Assembly (NCBI GenBank): GCA_049840735.1
Contig: JASGJN010000026.1
Coordinates: forward strand, 416,001 to 480,000
Reading direction: 5' to 3'
DNA: 64,000 nucleotides
Origin: Anaeromyxobacter sp.
Lineage (GTDB): Bacteria; Myxococcota; Myxococcia; Myxococcales; Anaeromyxobacteraceae
The notes under the pieces: model-generated
Told to the model about the DNA's origin: nothing
What the model saw: only the letters and a program-made list of their open reading frames with translations
The model's database searches: none
Shown here: in pieces, positions 1 through 11,310 of the stretch
How positions within the stretch are numbered: the stretch's first letter is position 1
Layout: the number at the start of each line of letters is the position of its first letter
Program-made: the position numbers and the translations under genes

Positions 1-2616
1 CCGCCACCAGCACCCTCGTCCTCCGCGGCCTGGGCTTCGGCGCCACGCAGGGCACCGGCGCGGTGACGCTGGACGGGGCGCAGGCGCTGACGGTCACCGC
101 CTGGACCGACACGCAGATCACCGTCCGCATCCCCCCCGGCGCCGTCGCGCCCGGCCCCCACCAGCTGGCGGTCTCGGCGGCCAACGGGCTGCGCACGGTC
201 AACGGCCTCACGCTGCACGTGCTGCGCAGCCCCTACCTGCCCACCGTCCGCGAGGTGGGCCCGGGCCGGACCTACGCCACCATCCAGGCCGCGCTGGACG
301 CGGCGGCGGCCGGGAACGGCCCGCAGCTGGTGGTGGTCTACCCCGGGAACCCGGACCCGGCCAACCCGCGCCTCAACCCGCGCGGCGCCTACTTCGAGAA
401 CCTGATCATCTCGCGCCCGGTGAAGCTCCAGGGCGTGGGCCCCGGCGGCTTCCAGGGCACCACCTACGTGCCCGGCTCGATCGTGGACGGCGGCGCCTTC
501 GGCGGCGACGGCGCGCTGGCCGACGCCTGGCGCGCCCGCGTGGACGCGCTCACCTGGAGCGGCAACCAGACCGTGTTCGAGGGGGCCACCATCACCGTCC
601 TGGCCACCGCCGGGCAGTTCGGCCAGGCCTACCCGGCCACCATCGACGGCCTGGACGTCCGCGGCGGCGATCAAGATGGGCTTCCCCGGCAACATCAACC
701 AGATTGGCGGGACCCCCACCGGCCTCCCCGCCAACGCCATCACGCAGGGCGGCGGCATCTTCGTCAACGGCTACGCCCCCTACCTGCGCATCACCAACGA
801 CGTGCTGGAGGCCAACGGCGGCGCCTACGGCGGCGCCATCCGGCTGGGCACGCCCAACCTGCCGGCGCCCCTCACCTCCAACCGGAACGAGCTCGTGAGG
901 ATCCTCAACAACCGGATTGTCGCGAACGGCGGCACCAACCTGGCCGGCGGCGTGGGCATCTTCGCCGGCGCGGACGGGTTCGAGCTGGCGCACAACGACA
1001 TCTGCGGCAACTCCTCGGCCGAGTACGGCGGCGGCCTGACCGTCTACGGCTACAGCCCCGGCGGCCGCATCCACCACAACCGGATTTGGTTCAACAGCTC
1101 CTACGACGAGGGCGGCGGCGTGATGCTGGCCGGCGAGCTCCCGGCCGACCCGGGCACGCTCTCCCCCGGCACCGGCGCGCTGGAGGTGTCGGCCAACCTC
1201 ATCCAGTCCAACCTGGCCAACGACGACGGCGGCGGCCTGCGCCTGCTCATGGTGGGCAACTACCCGGTGGACGTCTTCAACAACGTGATCGTCAACAACG
1301 TCTCCACCCACGAGGGCGGCGGCGTGGCGCTCGACGACGCGCCGGCGGTCCGGTTCTTCAACAACACGGTGATGAAGAACCTCACCACCGCCACCGCCGT
1401 CACCAGCAACGGCTCCCCCGCGCCGGCGGGCCTCTCCACCGCGGCCAACAGCGACGCGCTCCAGGCGGTGCTGCCGCCCGGCGCGCCCACCTTCTCGAGC
1501 CCGCTGCTGTTCAACAACGTGTTCTGGGACAACCGGGCCGGCGCCCGCTCCGGGGCCACCGTGCTGGGCATCGGCCTGCCCGGCGACGCCAGCCCCGTCC
1601 ACCCCTGGGACCTGGGCGCCGGCGACGGCAGCGGCCTGCTCACGCCCACCGCCTCGGTGCTGCAGACCGCCGAGGGCACGGTGCCGGACGCCAGCAACAC
1701 GCTCGCCGATCCGCTGGTGATGCAGCCCTACGACACCTCGGTCGCGCTGGCGCCCTGGCGCACCAACCCCAACTTCATCGGCGCGGTGATGGTGGTCACG
1801 CCGCTGCCGCCCAACCTGATGGGCGACTACCACCTGACCCAGGCCTCGCCGGCGGTGAACACCGGCGTGCCCTCCCGGGCGGGCATCGCCGCCCCCGCGC
1901 TCGACTTCGACCTCCAGCTCCGGCCGGCGGGCGGCGCCTTCGACCGCGGCGCCGACGAGCAAGGCGCGGTGGCGCCGGGCGGCGGTGGCGGCGGCGGCGG
2001 CCCGGGCGCCGCCTTCCCCTCCACGCCCATCCTCGACGCGTTCACCCGCGCCAACACCAGCTCCGGCCTGGGCGCGAGCTGGACCGGCAACGGCGGCGCC
2101 TTCCAGATCTTCTCCAACCAGGTCCGGACCACCTTCGGCGTGGGCGGGGCGCTGCGCTGGAGCCCGGCCGTCTTCGGGCCCAGCCAGGAGGCGTACTTCA
2201 CCTTCACGCGCGTCTCGGTCGTCGGCTACGAGCAGGCGCTCCTGCTCAAGCTGAACGGGACCTCGCCGACCTCCACCAACGCCTCCGGCATCGAGGTCCG
2301 CTACAACGCGCTCACCGCCACCGCCAGCGTCCTGACGCGGGTGCCGGGCGCGGGCTGGGTCCAGCGCGCGAGCTTCCCGGTCACCTTCGCCGCCGGCCAG
2401 CAGCTGGGCGCGCGCGCCCTGCCGGACGGGACGGTCACCGTCTTCCGCAACGGCTCGGCCGTGGGCACCACCAACGTCACCGCCGGCGTCAACCCCTGGC
2501 CGGCGGTGTACGCGAGCGGCGGCGGCCGGATCGGGTTCGCGTTCGGCGGCGCCTTCTTCCCCCTGCTCGGCACCGACGCCCGCATCGACACCTTCGGCGG
2601 CGGGACCATGCCGTGA
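1..2616 (+). CDS. Large secreted protein, 5'-partial: IPT/TIG domain, right-handed parallel beta-helix and C-terminal beta-sandwich; apparent frameshift at ~672
   Basis: IPT-like 'VTAWTDTQITVRIP', then 'YATIQAALDAA' and repeated GGG(I/V)/N-ladder motifs ('TQGGGIFVNG', 'YDEGGGVMLAG', 'NDDGGGLRLL', 'THEGGGVALDD'). Frame 63 joins ORF 676..2616 if one base is removed in 'gatcaagatg'. Confidence 0.75.
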
Positions 2617-2636
2617 CCCGCGCCAGGAGACCCGTC

Positions 2637-3951
2637 ATGACCCAGCCCACCGATCCCAAGCGCATCACCCGCCGCCACCTGCTCCGGGGCGCCGGAGGGG
2701 GGCTCGCGCTCCTCGCCGGCGGCGGTCTCCTGCCGCGGCCGCTCTCGCGCCTGCTCCTGCCGTCCAGCGTCGGGGTGGCCGGCGCGGCGGACGACCCGCC
2801 GCACGACCTGTTCTTCGCCGGCACCGACGGCTGGATTTGGCTGCCCGAGGCGCCGGCCCTCCGGCCCTTCCACCCGGACGTGCTCGCGCCGCCGCCGTTC
2901 ACCACCTACGTGTTCGGCTTCCGCAACGTCACCGGCCTCACCGCCACCGAGCGGGCCGCGCAGAAGTTCAAGGCGCAGCACTCGGCCCCGCTCTGGTGGG
3001 TGGACCAGTACGACGGCGCGCGCGAGTTCCGGGTGGCGCTCGACCAACCTGGGGCTGGGCATGCGGCCCGACCTCACCGACGCCCACACGCTGCACTGGC
3101 ACGGCTTCCGGAACGTGCTGCCGTTCTTCGACGGGGAGCCCACCGGCTCCTTCGGCGTGCCGGCGGGGCGGATCTTCGTCTACGCGTTCCGGCCGCGCGA
3201 TCCCGGCACGTACATGTACCACTGCCACGTGGAGGACACCGAGCACGTCCACATGGGCATGACCGGGATCGTCTTCGTGCGCCCGGCCATAGGCCCCGGG
3301 TTCGCCTACAACGACCCCGCCACCGCCTTCGACCGGGAGTACGCCATGTTCCTGTCGGAGGTCTGGGCCGAGGCGCACTGGTGCGACGCCCACATCCAGC
3401 TGCCGGACTGGACCGACTACCGGCCCGACTTCTCGCTGCTCAACGGCCGCGTCTGGCCGGACACGCTGCTCCCCAGCGGCTCCATCGACCCGTTCCACCC
3501 GGTGCGCGCGGCCGGCGGTGATCTGCTCCCGCCCGGCGGCGAGGAGCGGCTGCGCTACCAGCCGTACTCGTCGCTGGTCACCTGCAACGCCGGCGAGCGC
3601 GTGCTGCTCCGCTTCGCCAACCTGGGGTTCCGCGAGGCGGCCATGCGCTGCGCCCTGCGCCTGCGCGTGGTGGGCAAGGACGCCACGCCCATGCGCGGGC
3701 GCGACGGCACCGACACCAGCTACGAGGCCCAGACGCTCTCCTTCGGCGCCGGGGAGTCGATCGACGCGATCTTCACCGCCCCGCCCCACGGCGGCGGCGC
3801 CGGCCCGGACGTCTACGTGCTGGAGGACCGCGACCTGAGGCGCTCGGGGAACCTGGCGCAGGGCGGCTTCGGCGGGCGCCGCACCGAGATCCGCGTCCAC
3901 CCGCCGGGCACGCTGCCGCCGCAGCGCTACCCGCACGACGCCTGGCTGTGA
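2637..3951 (+). CDS. Tat-exported two-domain multicopper oxidase-like protein (MCO1); frameshift ~3042
   Basis: RBS aggaga at 2625, ATG 2637. Twin-arginine signal 'ITRRHLLRG'. Copper motifs 'HTLHWHG' and 'YMYHCHVEDTEHVHMGM'. Confidence 0.85.
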
Positions 3952-3962
3952 GGAGACCGACC

Positions 3963-5221
3963 ATGACCGCCCTCCGGATCCCGGCCCTCGCCGCCCTCCT
4001 CCTGGCCGCGCCGCTCGCCGTCGCCGCCGACCCGGCCGTCGGCCTGGCCGGCTGCCCCGCGTCCCCGCCCGCCAACCCCACCTACGTCCTCACCGCCACC
4101 GACGGCTACATCCAGCTGCCGGACGGCAACACCATGTACATGTGGGGCTACGCGCCGGCCGGGGGCGGCTTCCAGCACCCCGGCCCGGTGCTCTGCGCCA
4201 GCGCCGGCGACACGGTGACGGTGGTGCTGCGCAACGACCTCGCCCAGGCCGTGTCGGTGGTCTTCCCCGGGCAGGAGGGCGTGACCGCCGACGGCGCCCC
4301 GGTGCAGCCGCAGTTCACGGACGGTGCGCTCACCTCGCTGGCCCAGGCGGCGCCGCCCGGCGGCGGGACCGTCACCTACCGCTTCGTGGCCGGCCGCCCC
4401 GGGACCTTCGCGTACCACAGCGGCACCGACCCGGCCACGCAGGTGCGGATGGGGCTGTTCGGCGCGCTGGTGGTGCGGCCGGCCGGCGTCCCGCTCCAGG
4501 CCAGCGGCCGGGCCGACAGCGCCTTCACGGAGGGGGAAGAGTTCCTGGTGCTCCTCTCCGGAGATCGACCCGCTGCAGCACCAGGCCCTGGAGAGCGGGC
4601 TCCCCTACGACGCCAGCGCCTACCAGGCGCGCTACTGGCTGCTCAACGGGCGCGGCTTCCCCGACACCGTGGCCGACAACTTCGCGCCCTGGCTGCCCAC
4701 GCAGCCCTACGGCGCGCTGGCCCGGGTCCACCCCCTCGATCCGGTCGCCCACCCGCGCCCCGGCCTCATCCGCTACCTGAACCTGGGCGCGGAGAACTAC
4801 CCGTACCACCCGCACGGCAACAACGGCCTGGTGATCGCGCGCGACGGCTTCCCGCTCGGAGGGGCCGGGCGGCGAGGACCTCTCCATGGAGAAGTTCTCG
4901 GTGAACGTGGCGCCCGGCCAGACCTGGGACGTCCTCTTCAGCTGGCACGACGCCGAGGCCTACTCCGAGGCCAACCCGGTGCCGGTGACCGTGCCCAGCT
5001 ACGCCAACCTGCAGCTGGGCATGTTCTACGGCGGCTCGCCGTACCTGGGCCTGACCGGCCCGCTGGGGCCGGGCAAGTCCACGCTCAACCAGTGCGGCGA
5101 GCTCTACGTCATCTCGCACAACCACGCCCTCGACCGGCTCACCGGCTGGGGCGGCGTGACCATGGTCGGGCCCATCACCTACCTGCGGGTGGACCCCCCG
5201 CTGCCGAACACCTGCCCGTAG
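3963..5221 (+). CDS. Secreted two-domain cupredoxin/MCO-like protein (MCO2); frameshifts ~4560 and ~4870
   Basis: Sec-type signal peptide. Cupredoxin signatures 'MWGYA..HPGPVLCASAGDTVTVVLRNDL', 'RPGTFAYHSG', 'WLLNGRGFPDT'. His pairs 'YPYHPHG' and 'ISHNH'. Pieces lie in ORFs 3948, 4324 and 4886. Confidence 0.8.
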
Positions 5222-5236
5222 CGCCCGGAGACGGCC

Positions 5237-8158
5237 ATGACGCGAACCCTCCCGCGATCGCTCCCGACCTGTCTATTCCTGCTGGCCCTCGCTCCGGCGG
5301 CGGGGCGGGCCGACCCGCTCCCGCTGCAGGCCTGCGCCGAGCCGGTGGCCGGGCAGCCCACCTGCGCCCTCCACGCCGGCGCCGGCACCCTGGCGCTGCC
5401 GGACGGCTCGACCGTGCCGGTGTGGGGCTACGCCGCCGCGGAGGGCGGCGCCGTGACCTCGCCCGGCCCCGTCTACGTGGTGCGCCAGGGCGACCAGGTG
5501 ACCCTCACCCTCCACAACGACCTGGGGGTGGCCACCTCGCTCCGCCTCTCCGGCCTGTCCGGCGCCCCCGAGCTGCCGGCGGTGGCGCCCGGCGGCAGCG
5601 CGGACCTCTCCTTCGTGGCCGCGGCGCCGGGCACCTACCGCTACGAGGCCGGCGCCTCGCCGGGCACGCAGTACCAGGTGGCCATGGGGCTGCACGGCGT
5701 GCTGGTGGTGCGCCCGGCTGCGGACGGCACCGCCTACGGCGATCCCGCCAGCGCCTTCGACGACGAGGCGGTGGTGGTGCTCTCCGAGCTCGACCCGGCC
5801 CTGCAGGCCGCGGCGGAGCCGGCCGCCTTCGACCTGCGCAGGCTGGCGCCGACCTGGGGCCTGGTGAACGGCCGGCCCTACGCCGGCGCCGCCGCCTCCG
5901 ACCTGGTGGTGCCGGTCTCCGCGGGGCCGCGCCGGCTGCTCCTGCGCTACGCCAACGCCGGCAGCGCGCCGCGCGCCATGGCGCTGCTGGGCCTGCCGCA
6001 GGCGCTGCTGGCGGTGGACGCCGCGCGGCTGCCCTGGGCGCAGCGCGGGGTCTCGCAGGCGCTGGGCGCCGGCCAGACCGCCGACGCCGTGGTGGTGGTG
6101 CCGGGTGGCCTGGCGGAGGGGTCGCGCTACGCGCTCTACGACGCGAGCCTCTCGCTCCACAACCCCGGCCAGGCCGGGCTGGGCGGCATGATGACGTTCC
6201 TGCGGGTGGGCGCGCCCGGCGCGGGCGGCGGCGAGCTGCGCCCGACCACCGGCGGCGTGGCCGTCGCGCCGGCCGCCACCGCCGGCCTGTCGGTGACCGT
6301 CAGCGCCACCGTCTCGAGCCCCGGCGGCGACGTGCTGGCGGCCGAGGCCTTCCTGGACGCGCCCGGCGCGGACGGCGCCGGCGCCGCGCTGGCGGTCACC
6401 GCCGCGCCCTCCGTCACCGCCAGCGGCGCGCTGGACGTGGGCGCCGCCGCCTCGGGGGTCCACGCCGTCCACGTGCACGGGCGGAACGCGGCGGGCTGGG
6501 GGCCGTTCGCGGTCGGCACCGTGCGCATCGACCGGGCCGGCCCGCTCACCAGCGCGGTGGCGGCCAACCCCGCCGCCACGCGGGGCGCCGCCGCGGTGGT
6601 GGTCTCGGCCACCGGCGACGATCGCGCCACCGGCGGCTCGGCGGTGGTGGCGGCCGAGCTGACCATCGCCGACCCGGGCAACCCGGCGCCGCTGGCCATG
6701 GCCGCGGGGCAGGCGGGCGACGTGACCGGCTCACCGTGACGCTGCCGCCCGCGCTGCTGGCCTCCCTGGCCTCAGGCCCGCACCTGCTCTCGAATCCGCT
6801 CCCGCGACGCCCTCGGCAACTGGGGCGCGCCGGCGCTGGCCACCGCGCTGGTGGTGGACCGCGCCGGGCCGTCGGCGGTGGCCAGCGTGGCCCCGCCGGC
6901 CACCAACGGCACGCAGGGTGTTCTCCTCCGGCGTGGCCGCGCTGCGCCTCTCCGTCACCGCCACCGACGCCCTCTCGCGCGTCGCCGGCGCGGAGGGGTT
7001 CATCGACGCCGCCGGGGCCGAGGGCAGCGGCTTCCCGCTGCTGGCCGGCGACGGCAGGTTCGACGGCCTCACCGAGGCGCTCACCGCCGACGTGCCGCTC
7101 GCCACGGTGGTGCAGCTCCCCCAGGGCACGCACGCGCTGCTGGTCCGGGCGCGCGACGCCGCCGGCAACTGGGGGACGCCGGGCCTCCGTCTCCTTCCTC
7201 TACGAGAAGGGCCGGCCCACGGTGTCCGGCCTGGCCCTCGCGCCCAGCCCCACCGGCGGCGCGGCCAGCGTCACGGTGACGGCCACCGCCACCGAATCCG
7301 GCCCCGGCCTCCGGCGTCGCGGCCGCCGAGTGGTTCGAGGGGACCGACCCCGGCGCCGGGCGCGGCGTGGCCATGGCCGCCGCCGACGGCGCCTTCGACG
7401 GCGCCACCGAGGCGCTCACCGGCACCATCCCGGTGGCCGCCCGCGGCTGGAGCGCCGGCACGCGCACCATCTCGGTCCGCGCCCGCGACCGGGCCGGCAC
7501 CTGGAGCGCCCCGGTGGCCGCCACGCTGACCATCACCGTCCCCGGGCAGCTCTTCGCCGACGGCTTCGAGGCCGGGAACCTCTCGGCCTGGAACGGCGGG
7601 GCCACCGGCGCCGGCCTGGCGGTCGCCGCGCCGGCCAGGCTGGGCCCCACCGGCACCTACGGCCTGGCCCTCGCGGTGGGCAACACCCCGGCCTTCGTCA
7701 CCGACACCACGCCCACCGCCGAGCCGTCCTACCGGGCCCGGTTCTGGTTCCACCCGAACGGCACCGGCACCGGCGGCAACGCCTGGGATCTGTTCCAGGG
7801 CGCGAGCGGCGCGCAGGTGCCGCTGCGGGTCCAGTACCGGCGGCAGGGCGCGGCCACCTACCAGGTGCGCGCGCAGCTGCTGGCGGCAGGCGGCGCGGCC
7901 GTGGCCACGCCGTGGGTGACCATCAGCAACGCGCCCCACGCCGTGGAGGTGGCCTGGACCGCCGGCACGGGCGCCGGCCCCCGGCTGCAGCTGTTCCTGG
8001 ACGGGGCCCTGGCGCAGACGCTCTCCGGCCAGAACACCGGCGCCTACCGGATCGACACCGCCCGGCTCGGGCGCGTCGCCGGCCCGACGGGGGGCGCCGG
8101 CGGCACGCTCTACCTGGACCAGTTCGTCTCCTCGCGCGGCGCGGCCATCGGGCCATGA
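5237..8158 (+). CDS. Secreted MCO-like protein without canonical copper ligands (MCO3), fused to several Ig-like repeats; ~5 apparent frameshifts between 6730 and 7300
   Basis: Signal peptide; 'VPVWGY..SPGPVYVVRQGDQVTLTLHNDL', 'APGTYRYEAG..VAMGLHGVLVVRP'. Repeats of the type 'AAEAFLD/AEGFID/AAEWFEG ... VRARDAAGNWG'. C-terminal 'LFADGFEAGNLSAW' domain (ORF 7367..8158). Confidence 0.7.
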
Positions 8159-8583
8159 GCGCGCGCCGGGACAGCCAGGGCGGGGCGGCGGGGCGGGCCG
8201 CGCTCGCGCTCGTGCTCGCCGCGGCCGGGCCGGCCGCGGCGGGCGGCGAGGGGCCGACGCTGCCGCCGGCCGCGCTCGAGGCCGGGCACGGCCTCCGGGT
8301 GGCGCGGGTGGCGCTGGTGGCGGCGGGCGGGATGGTCGACCTGCAGCTGCGGGTGCTCGACGCCGCCCGGGCCCGGGCGCTGCTGGGCCGCCACGCGCCG
8401 CTCCAGCTGGTGGTGGACCCGGGCGGCGCGGTCCTGGCGGCGCCCGGCCACGCGTCGCCGTGCAGCGCGGCCGCGGCCGGCTGCGCGGTCCTCTTCCCCA
8501 ACGCCGGCGGCGCCGTGCACCGCGGCGGCACCGTCACCTTGCTGGTGGGCGACCTGCGGGTCGGGCCCATCGTGGTCCAGTAG
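8155..8583 (+). CDS. Small secreted hypothetical protein of the MCO cluster
   Basis: ATGA overlap with the upstream stop; signal peptide; beta-rich 'GLRVARVALVAAGGMVDLQLRVLD...VLFPNAGG...TVTLLVG'. Confidence 0.65.
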   Translation: MSARRDSQGGAAGRAALALVLAAAGPAAAGGEGPTLPPAALEAGHGLRVARVALVAAGGMVDLQLRVLDAARARALLGRHAPLQLVVDPGGAVLAAPGHASPCSAAAAGCAVLFPNAGGAVHRGGTVTLLVGDLRVGPIVVQ

Positions 8584-8596
8584 GCCGGAGGACGCC

Positions 8597-10469
8597 ATGG
8601 CCCCTGCAGCGCTGCTGGTCGCACTCGATCGTCAACGCGCCGCCGGCGCTCGCGCCGGAGCTGGAGCAGGGGCTGCGGGCGCTGCCGGCGGGGGGCACGC
8701 TCGCGGTGGTGGTGCGGCTGGCGGGAGGGACCGGCCCCGCGCCGGGCGCGCTGCGGCCCGGGCCGCTGGCCGGCGCGCTGCGCGCCCGCGCGGCCGCGGC
8801 CGGCCGGGCGCTGGAGCCGGCGCTGCAGGGCTGGCGGGCGCGGGGCCTGGTGGCCCGCTGGACGCCGCTCTGGATCGTGAACGGCTACTCGGTCACCGGC
8901 ACGCCCGAGGTGATCCGGGCGCTGGCCGCGCGGCCCGACGTGGCCGCGGTCTCGCCCGACGCGCTCGACCTCTCGCCCCAGGGCGCGCCGGCCGAGCCCA
9001 ACGTGGCGGCGGTGGGCGCCCCGGCGCTCTGGGCGGCCGGCTTCACCGGCCAGGGCGTGACGGTGGCCATCCTCGACACCGGCGTGGACGTGAGCCACCC
9101 CGACCTGGCGGCGCGGTGGCGCGGCGGCCCCGGCGGCTGGCTCGACCCCTACGGCCAGCACGCGTCGGCCCATGACGCCAGCGGCCACGGCACCTGGACC
9201 GCCGGCGTGCTGGTGGGCGGCGAGGCGGGCGGCACCGCGCTGGGCGTGGCCCCCGGCGCCCGCTTCATCGCCGCCAAGGTCTTCCCGGACGCCGGCCCGG
9301 CCACCGCCACCGCCGTCCACGCCGCCTTCCAGTGGGTGCTGGACCCGGACGGCGACCCGGCCACCGAGGACGCGCCGCGGGTGGTGAACGGCTCGTGGTC
9401 CTTCGGCGCGCCCGGCTGCAACCTGGAGTTCCTGGAGGACCTGCGCGCGCTGCGGGCCGCCGGCATCCTCCCGGTCTTCGCCGCCGGCAACTACGGGCCC
9501 GGCGACGCCACAAGCACCTCCCCGGGCAACTACCCCGAGGCCCTGGCGGTCGGCGCGCTGGACGGCGGCGGCCGCCCCCTCGACCTCAGCAGCCGCGGCC
9601 CCTCCGCCTGCGGCGGCGGCCCGTTCCCGGCGCTGGCCGCGCCCGGGCTCGACGTCTGGACCACCGACCTCATGGCCTGGTACCTGCCGGCCAGCGGCAC
9701 CTCGATCGCGGCGCCGCACGTGAGCGGCGTGGCGGCGTTGCTGGCCTCCGCGGTCCCGGGCGCCTCCGCCGACCAGCTGGCGGCGGCGCTGCAGGCGGGC
9801 GCGCTGGACCTGGGCGCGCCGGGGCCGGACCCGGCCACCGGCCGCGGGCAGGTGGACGCGGCGGGCGCGCTCCAGGCCCTGCTGGCCCCGCCCGCGCCCC
9901 AGCCCCCGGTCGCCTCCGCCGACGCGTACACGCTCGACGCCGGCACCTCGGCCACCTTCACCGCGCCGGGCGTGCTGGCCAACGACGCCTCGCCCAGCGG
10001 CGCGCCGCTCTCGGCCGAGCTGGCGGCGCCGCCCGCCCACGGGCAGCTGGCGCTGCGCGCCGACGGCGGCTTCGACTACACGCCCGACGCCGGGTTCTCC
10101 GGGGCGGACGGGTTCGGCTACCGCCCGCGCGCCGCAGGGCTGGCCGGCGCCGTGGCGGCCGTGGCGCTGACGGTGCGCCCGCCCAACCAGGCCCCGGTGG
10201 CGCGCGCCGACGCGGCCCGCACCGCCCCCTCCACGCCGGTGGCGGTGCCGGTGCTGGACAACGACGCCGATCCCGACGGGGCGCTGGCGCCGGCCACGCT
10301 CGCGGGGGTCGCGCGGCCGCAGCACGGGCGCGTGTCCTACGCCGGCGGGCGCGCCACCTACACCCCGAGCTTCGGCTTCCGCGGCCGTGACACGTTCACC
10401 TACCGCGTGCAGGACGACCGCGGCGCCTGGTCCAACGCGGCCCGGGTGACCGTGGACATCAAGAGGTGA
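8597..10469 (+). CDS. S8 (subtilisin-like) serine peptidase with two C-terminal Ig/cadherin-like (tandem-95-type) domains; frameshift ~8626
   Basis: RBS ggagg and ATG 8597. Triad motifs 'AILDTGVD', 'GHGTWTAG', 'SGTSIAAPHVSG'; oxyanion 'FAAGN'; 'PVASADAY..GVLAND' and 'APVARAD..PVLDNDADPDG' repeats. Confidence 0.9.
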
Positions 10470-10473
10470 CCTG

Positions 10474-11310
10474 ATGCGCTGCCTGGCCCGCCCCGCTCCC
10501 TCCCTCGCCGCCCTCGCGCTCGGCGCCGGAGCCCTCCTGGCCGGCTGCGGCGGCGACGCGCCCCCCGGCGCCGCGCCGCGCCCGTCGCGCGCGCCGCTCC
10601 AGCCGGAGCAGGCGCTGCGGGTCGAGGTGGCGCTGGGGGCGGGGCCCGACCGCCACCCGCTGCCGGACGTGGAGGTCAGCTTCATCCCCGAGGCGCTCAT
10701 GGTGGCTCACCTGGAGCGGCGGCAGGCGGAGGTGGCGGGGCGGCTGGAGCGGCTCCGGGCGGAGACGGAGCGGCTCCACGGCGCGCTGGCGCGGCAGCAG
10801 GCGGTCAACGAGCAGGCCAGCCAGGCCTATGCCCGCCAGTCGGGCGACTACCTGCGCGACCGGACCGCGCTCAACCTGTCCCGCGGGCACTCCGCCTCCG
10901 ACGTGACGGCCGCGCGCGCCTCCCTGTCGCGCGATCGCCGCACCGCCCGGCTCACCGCCGAGGCGGTGGCGCGCGACACGCTGGCGGCGGAGCGGCGGCT
11001 GCACGCGGTCCGGGCCGAGCTGGAGCGGGTCCAGACCGAGACGCTGCTGGCCGGCCTGCCGCAGCCCATGAAGCTGGCGCGGACCGGGCCGGACGGCCGG
11101 GCGGAGCTCACGCTGCCGCCGGGCCGCTACGCGGCGGTGGGGCTGGCTCCGGCCGGCGCCGGCGCGCCGGCGGGGCCGTGGCTGGGATGGGTCGAGGTGC
11201 AGGCGCGCCCCGGCCTGCTGGTGCTGGACGACGCCAGCGCGAGGGCGCTGGAGCCGGGCCTGGCGCGCCAGGCCGCGGGTGAGGCTTCCACCGGAGGAGT
11301 GCAACCATGA
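10474..11310 (+). CDS. Hypothetical lipoprotein with a central coiled coil
   Basis: Lipobox 'LLAGC'; helical Ala/Arg/Glu-rich middle; stop overlaps the SCO start. Confidence 0.6.
   Translation: MRCLARPAPSLAALALGAGALLAGCGGDAPPGAAPRPSRAPLQPEQALRVEVALGAGPDRHPLPDVEVSFIPEALMVAHLERRQAEVAGRLERLRAETERLHGALARQQAVNEQASQAYARQSGDYLRDRTALNLSRGHSASDVTAARASLSRDRRTARLTAEAVARDTLAAERRLHAVRAELERVQTETLLAGLPQPMKLARTGPDGRAELTLPPGRYAAVGLAPAGAGAPAGPWLGWVEVQARPGLLVLDDASARALEPGLARQAAGEASTGGVQP

Noticed and set aside
63..3521. 1152-aa ORF fusing the beta-helix protein to the Tat-MCO
   Set aside because: Artefact of frameshifts. The middle is off-frame Arg/Gly-rich text, and MCO1 has its own RBS, ATG and Tat signal.
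2637..3951. Calling MCO1 nirK, mnxG or a laccase by gene name
   Set aside because: Domain 2 lacks the His ligands those enzymes need and the size does not fit MnxG, so no specific symbol is supportable.
4324..8583. 1419-aa ORF
   Set aside because: Mosaic of short in-frame pieces of MCO2, MCO3 and the 8155 gene, joined by off-frame sequence.
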